From a virus (lineage: Duplodnaviria; Caudoviricetes), in IMG/VR virus record IMGVR_UViG_3300017763_003980: 64,000 nucleotides of DNA. One strand, written 5' to 3'. A program made the translations under genes and the position numbers. Position 1 is the first letter of the stretch, and every line of letters starts with the position of its first letter. A model generated the notes under the pieces. The model did not search any database. It worked only from the letters and a program-made list of their open reading frames with translations, and was not told where the DNA came from. Shown piece after piece: positions 1 through 10,399 of the stretch.

Positions 1-3000
1 AGTAATTGCTTCGCCATGAACAGGAGACTCAGCTCTGCCAAGAGTAGGACTAATCGTGATTGTAATATCATATGGTCCAGATCCTGATTGTTCTTCAATA
101 GTAGACACTTTATAGTCTACATCATTAATACCGTTTATAACCAAGTTATCACCTGGTGAAGGAACTAAACTTATATTTGATAGTCTAAGTGTTGGACCTA
201 TTTGGAAACTATCTGCATAACCAGATCCACTGATTGATGCTGTAGCTGTTATATAACTTATTCCTCTTTCACTAAACACAGGCTGTGGCAGTACACCGTC
301 GCCTATTCTTGCAACTTGCGTTGAATTTACAGTTGATTGTGAATCATATACACTCACTGTAGGTGCTGAAGAATACTGGCTTCCGGGTTCGTAAATAAAG
401 AACTCATTTACTTTGTCTGATTTAACTACTGCTCTTGCAAATGGTTTTGCTCCCCAGCCACTTATAACATTAAAGTTTGTTGAATTTACAGCAACAATTG
501 ACCATTTTTGTAATGTTGGACTATAAGCCGCATCTGCCCAGTCTTCTGTATCACTTGTTAAGTAGTTTGTGCTATCATCACTATTAAGCCTCCATACTGC
601 ACCTTCTTGGGATTTTATAAGTTGATTGTTAGAGCCAGCTGATACTCCCATAAATGTTCCGCCGCCGTATACAAATTTATCATAGTCAGTGGCACCAGTA
701 ATACTATGATGATACCATGTAATACCATCAAAACTAATTGCTGTTTTTGTTAATCCTGTACTATCGTTTGCATTTTGTATTGCAACAAATTTACCATTAC
801 CAAAAATAACATCATCATAATCTTTAGGAAGTCTAGTGCCTGAACCATCATCATCTAGTTGTATAAAAGTTGCTCCATTATCTGTACTATAAGCTACTCC
901 ACCTGCACTTCCAACATTCACAGCTACAAAAGTACCATTAGATGCATGTCCAACACCACCTCCATGTGCTACTTTAGTATACTTATGAGTTCCTGAACTT
1001 GCGCCGGATGGTGTAACTACTGTAGTTGTATTTAAATTAGTTGTAGTAGTTAGTTGGTGACTGTCGGTTGTAAATACTGTTCCTTGGCTTCCTTCTTTAT
1101 TTGCTGCACCTGACAAATTAGAAAGATTAGTAAAGTCTGAACTTGTTATATATGCAAGATTATTTGCATGACTTTTTGCCGCTACATCAAAACTATATAT
1201 TGATCCTGTAGGTGTAGTACCATCAAACGTGTCGGTTACAACTAAAATTCTACTTCCGTTAGTATCAGACAATAATTTTTTAACTTTTCTATTTGAAAAT
1301 CTATTAACTGGTGTACTCCATGTTATACCATCTGTTGAGTGAGATGATTGTATATTACTTGCAGAGCTTCCTGTAAATGCTACAAAGCATCCTCCTGCTG
1401 GATACCAAATAACATGTTCCCAGTTTGAAGAACTAGGTGCTGTTCCGGTTGTAGCTGTATATGTATGATCGCTAAATGTAACTCTAGGTTCTAAGGTATA
1501 TCTAGTAGCAGTAGTCATGTCTGTTACATTAGGCCATCCTGGATTTATATGATCCCAACCTGGTTGACCATCTGACTCTCTACTTACTTGTGCAATTTTA
1601 GATGCTGGATCATAACTAGCTATAAAACCATATTGTCCTACACCAAGTCCTTCTTTAATGAATACTCTTAATCCTTGGTACTTTACATTAGTTCCATCTG
1701 TATCTGAAGCGGCTAGTGTAATTGTTGTTGGGCCGCCGTCCTGAGCGGAGTTTAATTTAAATTGAAAGTTATTACCGCCGGCTGCACTTGAGTCACCTGG
1801 GTCTGTGAGTCTTACCTCGTACACACCGCCATCTCTTACTTCTTGATATGTTGCTGCGGCATTTGCACCTTGTCCTCCAAAGTTAACACTACTAGATGAT
1901 GCTACATTTGTAGTACCTGCATTTTTATATTCTAGTGCTAATATCATATTTACATTATCAGTAAGAGCATTCGCTGTTGGGTCTAATGCTCTGTTGTTCA
2001 CTGTACCAGTAATTGCAGTTTCTGTTGCATCAAATCCTTCAGCTACTGATCCAAATGTACCATACGAATTGTTTCCATTTGTTGCACGTATTTTTCCACC
2101 ATCCGATGACAAATAGCCAATATAATTATAGTATGTAAAAATACTAACTATTTCTGTTCTACCATTATTAAGAGCCCAAACACCTATACCGTCACTTATA
2201 ATTTGCGTAAAATCATTAGCAACAATTGATTTGTTTCCTGAATTGTGTAATGATCCATCAATTTTAATGCCTACACATCCTGTTCCAAATGTTGTTACAT
2301 TTTGTACATAAGAAGATTTTGATGTGATATGCACACTAGTATCTGCAGGACCTGTGCCAGGATCAAGACTAATAAAAGCTCCGCCTGTAGGTCTTTTAGT
2401 TCCATACGCATTTTGAGAACCTAGTGTTCCTATTAATCCTTGTAATGTAAGATTCCTTACGCCGCCGCCATTACTAACATAAAACATATTGTTAGCTTCT
2501 AATCCTGCGTTAGGTTGTATAGTGACACTTCTTAATTCGTCCCCAACAATTGTTGTTTCTTTTGGTATTGAAATTGGAATAATTTCTGAATAGCTACCTG
2601 CTGTTACAAAAATTGTTGCAGGAGCTCTATTAGCCCAATCTTGGTTTATGTAATCACAAGCATACTTAATAGTTTTAAAAGGAGCATTTACAGTAGTACC
2701 GTTAGAATCACTATCAAGACCCGAAGGTGCTACATAGAAAACTTTGCTTACAGGACCAAATTGTCCCCAAGTACTGTTACCACTAGCATCAACTTTTAGC
2801 GTTGCACCAGGCGCACCTATTGGTAGTCTTGTAGTTTGTGTCGCGTCTCTTACACGTAAGTCGCCATCTGTAGTAAGAACGTTGCCGTCGATACCAGCTA
2901 GCATTAACTCCCAATAGTTTTCGTTAGTATTTTCTATATCAAGATCAGGTCTGTTGTCAGACTCAGAACCAGTATGTCTTTGTATACAGTAATATGCACT

Positions 3001-4236
3001 ACCATCGTAAGTTACAATATCTCCAATAAGGTATTGTGTATTGTCAACCCAGTCACTTTTCCATCTGTGTCCTGGAACAAGTATTTGCCATTTAGCTGAT
3101 GTATCAGGATATTCTGCATTTGAGTCTGTAATACAAATATAAAGGTATCCGCCGCTTCTTAATACATCACCTGTATAGTATTGCGTAGAATGATCATATT
3201 CTCCTCTATGCCTGTAACCTTGTTTTAATAATTCCCAATCGCCAGTGTCTTGTAATATACCATTTACACTAGGTACACTATTTAAATTGTTTTGTAAACA
3301 AGTATAAGCGTAGCCGCCATATAGAACAATATCACCAACTTGATACTCTGTTGAACTTGCCCATAATAGTTCGTATCCAAATCCTGGAAGCCAAACTGCC
3401 CAATATGAACTTGCTTCATCAGTTCTAAATAATGCATTAGCAGTGTGATGTACTAAACATTTCCATATTGTTTCGCCGTATTTTACAAGATCATTTTTTC
3501 TATATCTAGTAGCAGTAACCCATGTGCCTTTATATTCAAATCCGTCTATTACCGTAGTCCATCTAGCAGAATCTGCTTCTAGTCCTAATGAAGCATCGGC
3601 ATTTGAAGTATGTCCTACTGTACATCTATAAACAATACCATTGTAACGTACAACATCATCAACTCTATATCTAGTTCCTGCTTCCCAGTCTGTACGCCAA
3701 TTATCTGAACGTGTAACTATTTCCCATTTTGCTTGATCTGCTTCTAGTCCGTTGGCTTCATTTTCAGCTGTATGCTTTTCTATACATCGATATGTAATAC
3801 CGTTATATGTTGTAACATCACCTAAATCATAAAAATAACCAGCGGACCAAGTGTTTACCCAGTTGTCTGTGGTTGCAACTAAAGTCCATTTGTCATAGTC
3901 AGTATGAACACCTTGAGATGTAACAACATTAGAAGTATGCGAAGTAACACATCTGTAAACATATCCTTCCCATTTTACTATTTCTCCTACACTATAAAAT
4001 GTAGAGTTTGACCAGTCTCCTCTCCAAACAAATCCGTCTAGCATTAGTTCCCATTTAGGATTTGCATGATTTAGATCTGTATAAAATCCTGTAGAAGAAA
4101 CCTGTGAAGTATGACCAATTATACAAACATAAGCTTTACCTTGATAATATACAATATCATCTTTTCGGTATACTGTTGCAGCATTCCAGGCGTTTTTCCA
4201 TCTAAATCTAATTCTATCTAAGTTAAATTCTGCCAT
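1..4236 (-). CDS. Large virion fibre/spike protein, >1412 aa, runs off the window start (absent from ORF track)
   Basis: ATG at 4236 (MAEFNLDRIRFRWKNAWNAATVYRKDDIVYYQGKAYVCIIGHTS). Frame open at all spot-checked points down to position 1. N-terminal W-x(4-5)-Y-x(3)-DIV-x-Y-x-G-x2-Y-x-C-x3-H repeats (CBM5/12-like), then YVAPSG...APFKTIKYA and beta-helix-like sequence. Confidence 0.8.
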   Translation of the reverse strand, partial: MAEFNLDRIRFRWKNAWNAATVYRKDDIVYYQGKAYVCIIGHTSQVSSTGFYTDLNHANPKWELMLDGFVWRGDWSNSTFYSVGEIVKWEGYVYRCVTSHTSNVVTSQGVHTDYDKWTLVATTDNWVNTWSAGYFYDLGDVTTYNGITYRCIEKHTAENEANGLEADQAKWEIVTRSDNWRTDWEAGTRYRVDDVVRYNGIVYRCTVGHTSNADASLGLEADSARWTTVIDGFEYKGTWVTATRYRKNDLVKYGETIWKCLVHHTANALFRTDEASSYWAVWLPGFGYELLWASSTEYQVGDIVLYGGYAYTCLQNNLNSVPSVNGILQDTGDWELLKQGYRHRGEYDHSTQYYTGDVLRSGGYLYICITDSNAEYPDTSAKWQILVPGHRWKSDWVDNTQYLIGDIVTYDGSAYYCIQRHTGSESDNRPDLDIENTNENYWELMLAGIDGNVLTTDGDLRVRDATQTTRLPIGAPGATLKVDASGNSTWGQFGPVSKVFYVAPSGLDSDSNGTTVNAPFKTIKYACDYINQDWANRAPATIFVTAGSYSEIIPISIPKETTIVGDELRSVTIQPNAGLEANNMFYVSNGGGVRNLTLQGLIGTLGSQNAYGTKRPTGGAFISLDPGTGPADTSVHITSKSSYVQNVTTFGTGCVGIKIDGSLHNSGNKSIVANDFTQIISDGIGVWALNNGRTEIVSIFTYYNYIGYLSSDGGKIRATNGNNSYGTFGSVAEGFDATETAITGTVNNRALDPTANALTDNVNMILALEYKNAGTTNVASSSSVNFGGQGANAAATYQEVRDGGVYEVRLTDPGDSSAAGGNNFQFKLNSAQDGGPTTITLAASDTDGTNVKYQGLRVFIKEGLGVGQYGFIASYDPASKIAQVSRESDGQPGWDHINPGWPNVTDMTTATRYTLEPRVTFSDHTYTATTGTAPSSSNWEHVIWYPAGGCFVAFTGSSASNIQSSHSTDGITWSTPVNRFSNRKVKKLLSDTNGSRILVVTDTFDGTTPTGSIYSFDVAAKSHANNLAYITSSDFTNLSNLSGAANKEGSQGTVFTTDSHQLTTTTNLNTTTVVTPSGASSGTHKYTKVAHGGGVGHASNGTFVAVNVGSAGGVAYSTDNGATFIQLDDDGSGTRLPKDYDDVIFGNGKFVAIQNANDSTGLTKTAISFDGITWYHHSITGATDYDKFVYGGGTFMGVSAGSNNQLIKSQEGAVWRLNSDDSTNYLTSDTEDWADAAYSPTLQKWSIVAVNSTNFNVISGWGAKPFARAVVKSDKVNEFFIYEPGSQYSSAPTVSVYDSQSTVNSTQVARIGDGVLPQPVFSERGISYITATASISGSGYADSFQIGPTLRLSNISLVPSPGDNLVINGINDVDYKVSTIEEQSGSGPYDITITISPTLGRAESPVHGEAIT

Positions 4237-4245
4237 GTTCTTTTC

Positions 4246-4626
4246 CTAGTATACTATCTCACCACTTGACGACGATCCATCATCATATGTGTGGTCTTCA
4301 TTAACTCTAACACACAGTTCTCCTTCACTATTGATATAGTAAAAAATATCTCTGTCATCGTGTTTAAATTGTTCGTAATTTAAATTAGCATAAACTAAAT
4401 TATGATTATAATCTCTTCCTTCGTAAAATTCTTGGCCTTCTTCGAAATTAGGGTAGTTGTCAACAGGATCCCCAATTTTATTAATTTGTACCATATCATC
4501 TTGAGCTAGTTGATCGACTTTACTCATAAACAGTTCGCCGTTGTCAGTTCTACGCAATCCGTAAAAGAAACGTTTTCCGTTTTGCATAAAGTATTGTTCT
4601 TGTGATGCTCCTACATAATTTCCCAT
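4246..4626 (-). CDS. Hypothetical protein (126 aa), probably virion-associated
   Basis: ORF with upstream AGGA; co-oriented within the structural operon. Confidence 0.6.
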   Translation of the reverse strand: MGNYVGASQEQYFMQNGKRFFYGLRRTDNGELFMSKVDQLAQDDMVQINKIGDPVDNYPNFEEGQEFYEGRDYNHNLVYANLNYEQFKHDDRDIFYYINSEGELCVRVNEDHTYDDGSSSSGEIVY

Positions 4627-4636
4627 TTATTTTTCC

Positions 4637-4966
4637 TTATACAATATCCACATAACTTATAACAGCATCAACTGAGTCTGTTTTACTAGATTGAAACAAC
4701 AATGTATTAGTCGGTGCTAGAATTAATTTTTCTGCTGGACCTAAAGGTTTCAAACTTCCTTTAGGTGGTATCATTACATCTTTCAAATAGTATCCTTCAC
4801 TGCTAGCATCGTCACCTATCAGTATGTTTACGCTTACAGCACCTTTAGTTGTGTTTGCTAAACTAATACCAATAATGGTTGAACGTGTACTGCCGTTAGT
4901 TTCTATTGCAACTATTTTTTGTGTTCCAATATCTTTAACTACTTTGTTTCTAAACGTTGTTGCCAT
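4637..4966 (-). CDS. Small beta-sandwich virion structural protein (109 aa)
   Basis: Pattern IIGISLAN...VSVNI...P...L...EKLIL resembles the 8593..8958 protein (likely paralogue). Confidence 0.6.
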   Translation of the reverse strand: MATTFRNKVVKDIGTQKIVAIETNGSTRSTIIGISLANTTKGAVSVNILIGDDASSEGYYLKDVMIPPKGSLKPLGPAEKLILAPTNTLLFQSSKTDSVDAVISYVDIV

Positions 4967-4970
4967 ATTA

Positions 4971-6443
4971 TTATCCTAAACTTATTACCAATTCTAATGC
5001 AATATTTTCAGCATCACCTACTGATATACCAGCTCCAGAACCTGCAACTGATCCCCATTGTCCGTCCCACACTTCTACTCGCTGTTCTTGTGAATTATAT
5101 CTCATCATTCCAATTTCTGTATTTGCAATTGGAGGACGTTGTGCTGATGTTCCTGTAGGAATAACAAATCCTCCAGTGCCTGCAAATTTAACATATCCGT
5201 TGCCTGTACTAGCTAGTGTAAATATACCGTCTGTTACTGTATTTGTTATTGTTTGATCTTTGAATGCTAGTGCATTATCAAATACTACACTACCAGTTCC
5301 ATTTGCATCTAATACTAAATTAGTATTTCCAGATGCTGTAGTAATTGTATTACCATCAATTATAATATCATCTACAGTTACTTTTGGTACCGAAAATCTT
5401 GCACTTGTTAAATCTGCTACAGTAGATCCTGCAATATTAAATCTTATTGTGTTGTCGTTTGCTCCAGGTGTTAGCTCTGCTGTAATATTAGTATCACCAT
5501 CTAAATCTTGTACACCATTAAGCACAATCCAATTAGTTCCATTATAACCTTCAAAACTATTTGTGTCGCTGTTATATCTAACTTTACCTGCTGCTGCTGT
5601 TGGTCTTTGAGCAGTTGTTCCTACAGGAAGCTTTAACGACCCAGTTCCTGTTATTTCAACATTACCATTTCCTGGGGAAAGTGTTAAGTCTCCAGTGCTT
5701 GTAATCGTAGAATCTTTAAAACTTAAATTGTCAATTACTATGCTACCTGTACCATTAGCTCTTAATTCTAAGTTAGCATTTGAAACAGAAGTTTGAATAT
5801 AGTTTGCATATATTTGCACATCTCCTATATTACTATTATTAGCAGTTACATCGTTTAAGTAGGCATTATTCCATTTCTTTGTAGCAGAACCTAACGTATA
5901 TGTATTATTAACATCTGGAATAATATTACTTGCAATATCAGCATTAAATGTTACATTGTCTGTGTCAGCATCGCCGATAGTAATATTACCATTTGCAGTA
6001 ATATTTCCTGTTGCAGTAATATTTCCGTATACGTTTGTGTCGCCTTGAATTTCTACACTACCTGTTCCGTTAGGAGCAAATTCTATATTTGCATTAGAAT
6101 CATTAGTAGAAATAATATTATTAGTAATATCAATTGAATCAATTGTTAGTCTTTTATTATAAACAACATTGTCTGCTGTTCCTAATACTAGTGTAGGATC
6201 TGTTGTACTAATAGTGTTGCCACTAAACTGCACCGTGCCAAAAGTACTTGTGCCACTTACTTGCAATCCGGGGGTTCTTGTTGTTCCTGTTACGTCTAAA
6301 TCGTATTGAGGCGATGCGTTGTTTATTCCGACGCGGCTGTTATTTACATCTAGATATAGTAAGTTCGTCTCAAAAGCTAAATCCACACCTTCACGAAGCA
6401 GGTTTGCTTTTAAGAGCGGACCACTTATGCGACCAATAGCCAT
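4971..6443 (-). CDS. Virion fibre-like structural protein (490 aa)
   Basis: Repeated NLxL/FxxNGTGSV motifs and two LP/IPxGTxAQRP...RYN units; RVGINN fibre motif. Confidence 0.7.
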   Translation of the reverse strand: MAIGRISGPLLKANLLREGVDLAFETNLLYLDVNNSRVGINNASPQYDLDVTGTTRTPGLQVSGTSTFGTVQFSGNTISTTDPTLVLGTADNVVYNKRLTIDSIDITNNIISTNDSNANIEFAPNGTGSVEIQGDTNVYGNITATGNITANGNITIGDADTDNVTFNADIASNIIPDVNNTYTLGSATKKWNNAYLNDVTANNSNIGDVQIYANYIQTSVSNANLELRANGTGSIVIDNLSFKDSTITSTGDLTLSPGNGNVEITGTGSLKLPVGTTAQRPTAAAGKVRYNSDTNSFEGYNGTNWIVLNGVQDLDGDTNITAELTPGANDNTIRFNIAGSTVADLTSARFSVPKVTVDDIIIDGNTITTASGNTNLVLDANGTGSVVFDNALAFKDQTITNTVTDGIFTLASTGNGYVKFAGTGGFVIPTGTSAQRPPIANTEIGMMRYNSQEQRVEVWDGQWGSVAGSGAGISVGDAENIALELVISLG

Positions 6444-6558
6444 CTCTTCTCCTCAGTACGGGGATCCTGTCCCTCTAGCCCAATTCTCATCCTTACGGCT
6501 CTTTGCTGGCTAACCACAGTTTGACCCTGCAAGTATTGGTCATACGTTGCATTAATAG
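6444..6558 (-). promoter_or_regulatory. Structured 5' leader downstream of a TAAATA late-promoter motif (6559-6564)
   Basis: Stems TGACC/GGTCA and TAGCC/GGCTA, a CC-GTAA-GG tetraloop, then GAGGAG SD before ATG 6443. Confidence 0.45.
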
Positions 6559-6580
6559 TATTTAGCGAAAATTGGATTTA

Positions 6581-8041
6581 TTAACCTAGTATAATAGTAT
6601 ATTGGAGGGCTAATTCGTTCATTTCATCATCAGTAAGAGTACCACCTGTACCTGCTGATTGTGTGTATGATGATCCAGTAAATGTTTCAAGTGTTTCACT
6701 ATCTGTATTCCACCTAGTATCACCTATCTCAGGAGTCGGCCATCTATTAGAGTTATTACCAAAAGGAATAACCATTGCATGTGTTCCTGAGACTTTGTCG
6801 TATCCGTATCCAGTAGGTATAAAAGTTAGTGCAGTGTCAACTGGCCATGTAATATTTTGTCCATCAAATGTAAGTGTGTCTATTGTAACATTACCAGTGC
6901 CGTTGGGATTGAGTAATAAATTTGTATCTGTAGTTGTTGTCGATAAAACATTAGTATTAAAATTAATATCGTCAACCTGCAATCCTGTTAAGTTTGCACC
7001 TGTACTATCTATCGATCCTGATGCTATAGAATTAGCTGTAAAATTTAAAGTATTGTTAGTAGGATGAGCTACTAAACTAGTTAATCCATTTTCAGCGTAT
7101 ACACCACCTAATGGCATATATCCTGTATTTGCTCTTCCTTCAAATAAATTCCAATAATTATTAAATCTTAATCCACCAGTGGTAGTAGGTCTTTCTCCAT
7201 TACTGCCAGATGGTAATTTTATTGCTTGTGTAGAATTAACTACTAGCTCACCTGATGTTGTTAAACCTAATGTTCCTGGAGTACTAAGCGTAGCATTTTC
7301 TATTTGTACAAACTCTAGATCAACTTTCTTTCCGTTTACATTGTGTCTAAGATTTAAATTCAAATCACTTGCATAAGTTTGTATAACATTTGTATCTATT
7401 TTAAGGCCGCCAGTATCTAAAGATGCACTATTTAAATCTGTGGTATGTATGTTGTTCCATCGTTTGCTCCATGTACCTAGATTAGATACATCATTTACAT
7501 CTGGCATAAGATTACTGTTTACGTCACTTGTAAATGTTACAGTATCATTATCATCATCGCCTAAAACTAAATCGCCACCAAATGTAATATCTCCTGTTGC
7601 ATGTATATTACCATCTGAATTCCAGTCAGAATATATTTCAATAGTACCTGTGCCGTTAGGTGTTAAGTTTATATTTGAATTTGATAAGGATCTAAATGTG
7701 TTAAAGTTAACTCTTAAATTATCAGTAAGAAGACCTGAAAGGAATACATTACTTCCTCCGCTTAAATTAATATCTCCACTATTTTGATATATTCTGTTTG
7801 TGTCAAGAGTCCAGTTTTGTACGTTAGCATTATCTGATATTAAGTTTGTACTAACTAATGGAGTTGGGATATCTAATGAATAAGTTGCCGCTGGAGATTC
7901 TGTATTAATACCTACCCTTGAGTTAACAACATCAAGGTGAAGTAGTGCGGTAGACCCGCTTGTATTTTTAAAATTTAAGTTTGATCCGTTACGTTCTAAG
8001 TTATCTTTAAGAACGCCACCGCCAATTCTACCCAGTGCCAT
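6581..8041 (-). CDS. Virion fibre-like structural protein (486 aa), paralogue of 4971..6443
   Basis: MALGRIGGGVLKDNL vs MAIGRISGPLLKANL; same NLxLxPNGTG and LPSGSNGERP motifs. Confidence 0.7.
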   Translation of the reverse strand: MALGRIGGGVLKDNLERNGSNLNFKNTSGSTALLHLDVVNSRVGINTESPAATYSLDIPTPLVSTNLISDNANVQNWTLDTNRIYQNSGDINLSGGSNVFLSGLLTDNLRVNFNTFRSLSNSNINLTPNGTGTIEIYSDWNSDGNIHATGDITFGGDLVLGDDDNDTVTFTSDVNSNLMPDVNDVSNLGTWSKRWNNIHTTDLNSASLDTGGLKIDTNVIQTYASDLNLNLRHNVNGKKVDLEFVQIENATLSTPGTLGLTTSGELVVNSTQAIKLPSGSNGERPTTTGGLRFNNYWNLFEGRANTGYMPLGGVYAENGLTSLVAHPTNNTLNFTANSIASGSIDSTGANLTGLQVDDINFNTNVLSTTTTDTNLLLNPNGTGNVTIDTLTFDGQNITWPVDTALTFIPTGYGYDKVSGTHAMVIPFGNNSNRWPTPEIGDTRWNTDSETLETFTGSSYTQSAGTGGTLTDDEMNELALQYTIILG

Positions 8042-8058
8042 TACTGTCTCCTATACTA

Positions 8059-8066
8059 TATTTATA
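8059..8066 (-). promoter_or_regulatory. T4-type late promoter TATAAATA
   Basis: Exact T4 late -10 consensus followed by GGAG SD and ATG 8041. Confidence 0.65.
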
Positions 8067-8070
8067 GGAA

Positions 8071-8592
8071 TTACTTGTCGAAGTTATGTAGTACTGTGAT
8101 GGGTTTTCCTGTAGGCACAGGCGTACTGAAAACAATATACCAACCTGCGGCATATGGTGTGTTTGGTCCTGAACTCGGATTTTGTACTAGTGTATAGTTT
8201 GTTGTAGAAATTTGGAAAACATTTTCAACAAGCACAATTACACTTTGAGCACTAGCAGGTGTCGGATATTCTGTATCTCCTGAATTTAAAAGACCAAATG
8301 TAGTTTCTGTGCCGTCACCGACACCTAAGTTTTGTTGCGTTATTCCAACAGGATTAGGTTCGTTGTATCTTAAATTTTTCCAAGCACCATTTTCGTATAC
8401 TTCAAATTCGTTATTATCAGTATTATATCTCAGCTGTGCATTAGCAGGAGTGCTTGGACGCTCTGCAGTAGTACCGCTTGGTACTACAATTGCTTTTGTG
8501 CCGTCAATAATACCTAAGCCTGCTGTGGTAAACTTTACACTAGCACCTTGTATATTTCTTGCATTCAAAGTTTGTTGCTTTAAAAAACGCAT
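8071..8592 (-). CDS. Virion structural protein (173 aa)
   Basis: VPSGTTAERP...LRYNTD motif shared with neighbouring genes; coupled to the upstream stop. Confidence 0.65.
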   Translation of the reverse strand: MRFLKQQTLNARNIQGASVKFTTAGLGIIDGTKAIVVPSGTTAERPSTPANAQLRYNTDNNEFEVYENGAWKNLRYNEPNPVGITQQNLGVGDGTETTFGLLNSGDTEYPTPASAQSVIVLVENVFQISTTNYTLVQNPSSGPNTPYAAGWYIVFSTPVPTGKPITVLHNFDK

Positions 8593-8958
8593 TTATACTT
8601 CCAAAAAGCTTACTGTAGCAGATAAAGTAGTATTTCCAGAACCTGCATCAGGTGATCCAATTAACACAATTTTATCACCTTCATCTAAAACTATTTTTTC
8701 TGAATCAAATGTAAAAGTTTCTTTTGCTGGTAAAGTTAAATCATGTAGTACTCTTGTTACAGAGTTAGATAATGGTGATCCGCTTTTTACTAGATGCATA
8801 TCAACAGTAGCATCAGTAGTGGTGCTATTGTTACAAATTAAAATATTTGTAATTGCATATGTTTTTCCTGTTGGAACTGCACCAGCTGGCGAACCTACAC
8901 CAGTTGGATCTAGTATTTCAGTGTTGGTTGTTTTTATTTGTGCTGATATAATTGCCAT
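8593..8958 (-). CDS. Small beta-sandwich virion structural protein (121 aa)
   Basis: ITNILICN...LPAKETFTFDSEKIVL pattern; upstream AGGA SD. Confidence 0.6.
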   Translation of the reverse strand: MAIISAQIKTTNTEILDPTGVGSPAGAVPTGKTYAITNILICNNSTTTDATVDMHLVKSGSPLSNSVTRVLHDLTLPAKETFTFDSEKIVLDEGDKIVLIGSPDAGSGNTTLSATVSFLEV

Positions 8959-8966
8959 GTTTTTTC

Positions 8967-9926
8967 CTAAAATAGCATACTGTAAAGTATGCTTCTATTT
9001 TTACTTATCAGTTCGTCTCTTGTTCCTTGTGAATTTACGAAGAACATACCGGTCTGTCCATACGATTCAGTTTGTATATAAAGCTTATTACCATCTGCTG
9101 GCTGAGTTGGAACATGAATTGCTTGTCTTATATGCAAAGTATCATCAATTTGCACTACTCCTGTACCTGGAGAACTAATAATCATGTCTTGATTACTAGT
9201 TGTAGTTTCAATTATTGTTCCGCCTATCCTAACTTCAGGTAATTCAAATCTATCTTCGAATAGCTTTGCATTTGCTTGCCCGTCAATATTAAAATCAATA
9301 ACACTTGGTGAGCCAGATACATCAGTATCTGCAATAACAATAGCAGTTTGCGTACCAACATTACCTTGACCAATTGTTGAGATATTAACTGTATTAAATG
9401 CATTTGATATTGTATCATCAACATATTTCTTGTTAGGTAAATCGTCATCGTCTGTAACTTGATTTTCATAATTTACAGTGCCTGTGACACTTACAGTACC
9501 TGTACCGGAGTTAATTAAATATAAATCTCCGCCGCCTGTATTAATATTATTTGTTCTAATACCTATAAGGGCATTATTGGCATCTTTAAAAACAAATCCG
9601 CCTGTTTTGGTAGTACTTGTAACAGGATCACTCCAAGTAATATTTTCATTAAATGTCATTAATGCATTAACAAGTGTTCCACGATCCATTTCTAGACCGG
9701 AATCATCTAAAGTGATCCCGGGTCCAGTTTCTCCAGAATTTAATGTTAATATATTATCTTTGATATCTAAATTTTGAGAAGTAACAGTAGTAGTTGATCC
9801 TGATACTGTTAGATTACCAGTAATGATAACATTACCTTGTTGGAATCCAGTATCAAGCGTTATTGCACCGCCTGGCTGTACAACAACGTTATAGTCTCCT
9901 GTTGCTACCTTGAGATATTTAGACAT
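8967..9926 (-). CDS. Virion fibre-like structural protein (319 aa)
   Basis: ITGNLTVSGSTTTVTSQNLDIKDNILTLN fibre motif, also seen in 57501..59366. Confidence 0.65.
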   Translation of the reverse strand: MSKYLKVATGDYNVVVQPGGAITLDTGFQQGNVIITGNLTVSGSTTTVTSQNLDIKDNILTLNSGETGPGITLDDSGLEMDRGTLVNALMTFNENITWSDPVTSTTKTGGFVFKDANNALIGIRTNNINTGGGDLYLINSGTGTVSVTGTVNYENQVTDDDDLPNKKYVDDTISNAFNTVNISTIGQGNVGTQTAIVIADTDVSGSPSVIDFNIDGQANAKLFEDRFELPEVRIGGTIIETTTSNQDMIISSPGTGVVQIDDTLHIRQAIHVPTQPADGNKLYIQTESYGQTGMFFVNSQGTRDELISKNRSILYSMLF

Positions 9927-9949
9927 TAATATTATTCCTTATTAATATC

Positions 9950-10399
9950 TTATGCGTCTTCAGTGAAGTCTGTATCGTCAGTACCTGATTTAGTATCATC
10001 ATCACCAGCTTCTTCAACTTGTACTGCACCGTCTGCGCCTGCAACTGTAAAGTTCCAAGAAATACTTGTACCGTCTAGTGCGTTTGAACCAGTAGCTGAA
10101 GGTTGCTTTACAGTAACTTTTCTACCTGCAATTTTAGAAACACCGTATGTTTCATCATCATCACCTTTTACAGAAATTGTCATTTCTGTGCCAGTAAGTG
10201 CAGCTGGTAGTTTACCAGTTACAAGTGTGCGATCATAGCTTCCGCCATCTTCTGTTGCACGTACTCTAAACTTCTTGCTACCAAGTTGTTTTACAATATG
10301 TCCTTCAACAACTGCTGATCCGTCATGAAAGTTAACTTTAATTTCGTTTCCGCTTGCTGTTGGTGTTCCGAAAAATCTTTTATTAATTGGTCTTCCCAT
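9950..10399 (-). CDS. Putative virion structural protein (149 aa)
   Basis: AAGGAG SD; preceded by a late promoter motif and structured leader; lies just downstream of the capsid gene. Confidence 0.6.
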   Translation of the reverse strand: MGRPINKRFFGTPTASGNEIKVNFHDGSAVVEGHIVKQLGSKKFRVRATEDGGSYDRTLVTGKLPAALTGTEMTISVKGDDDETYGVSKIAGRKVTVKQPSATGSNALDGTSISWNFTVAGADGAVQVEEAGDDDTKSGTDDTDFTEDA

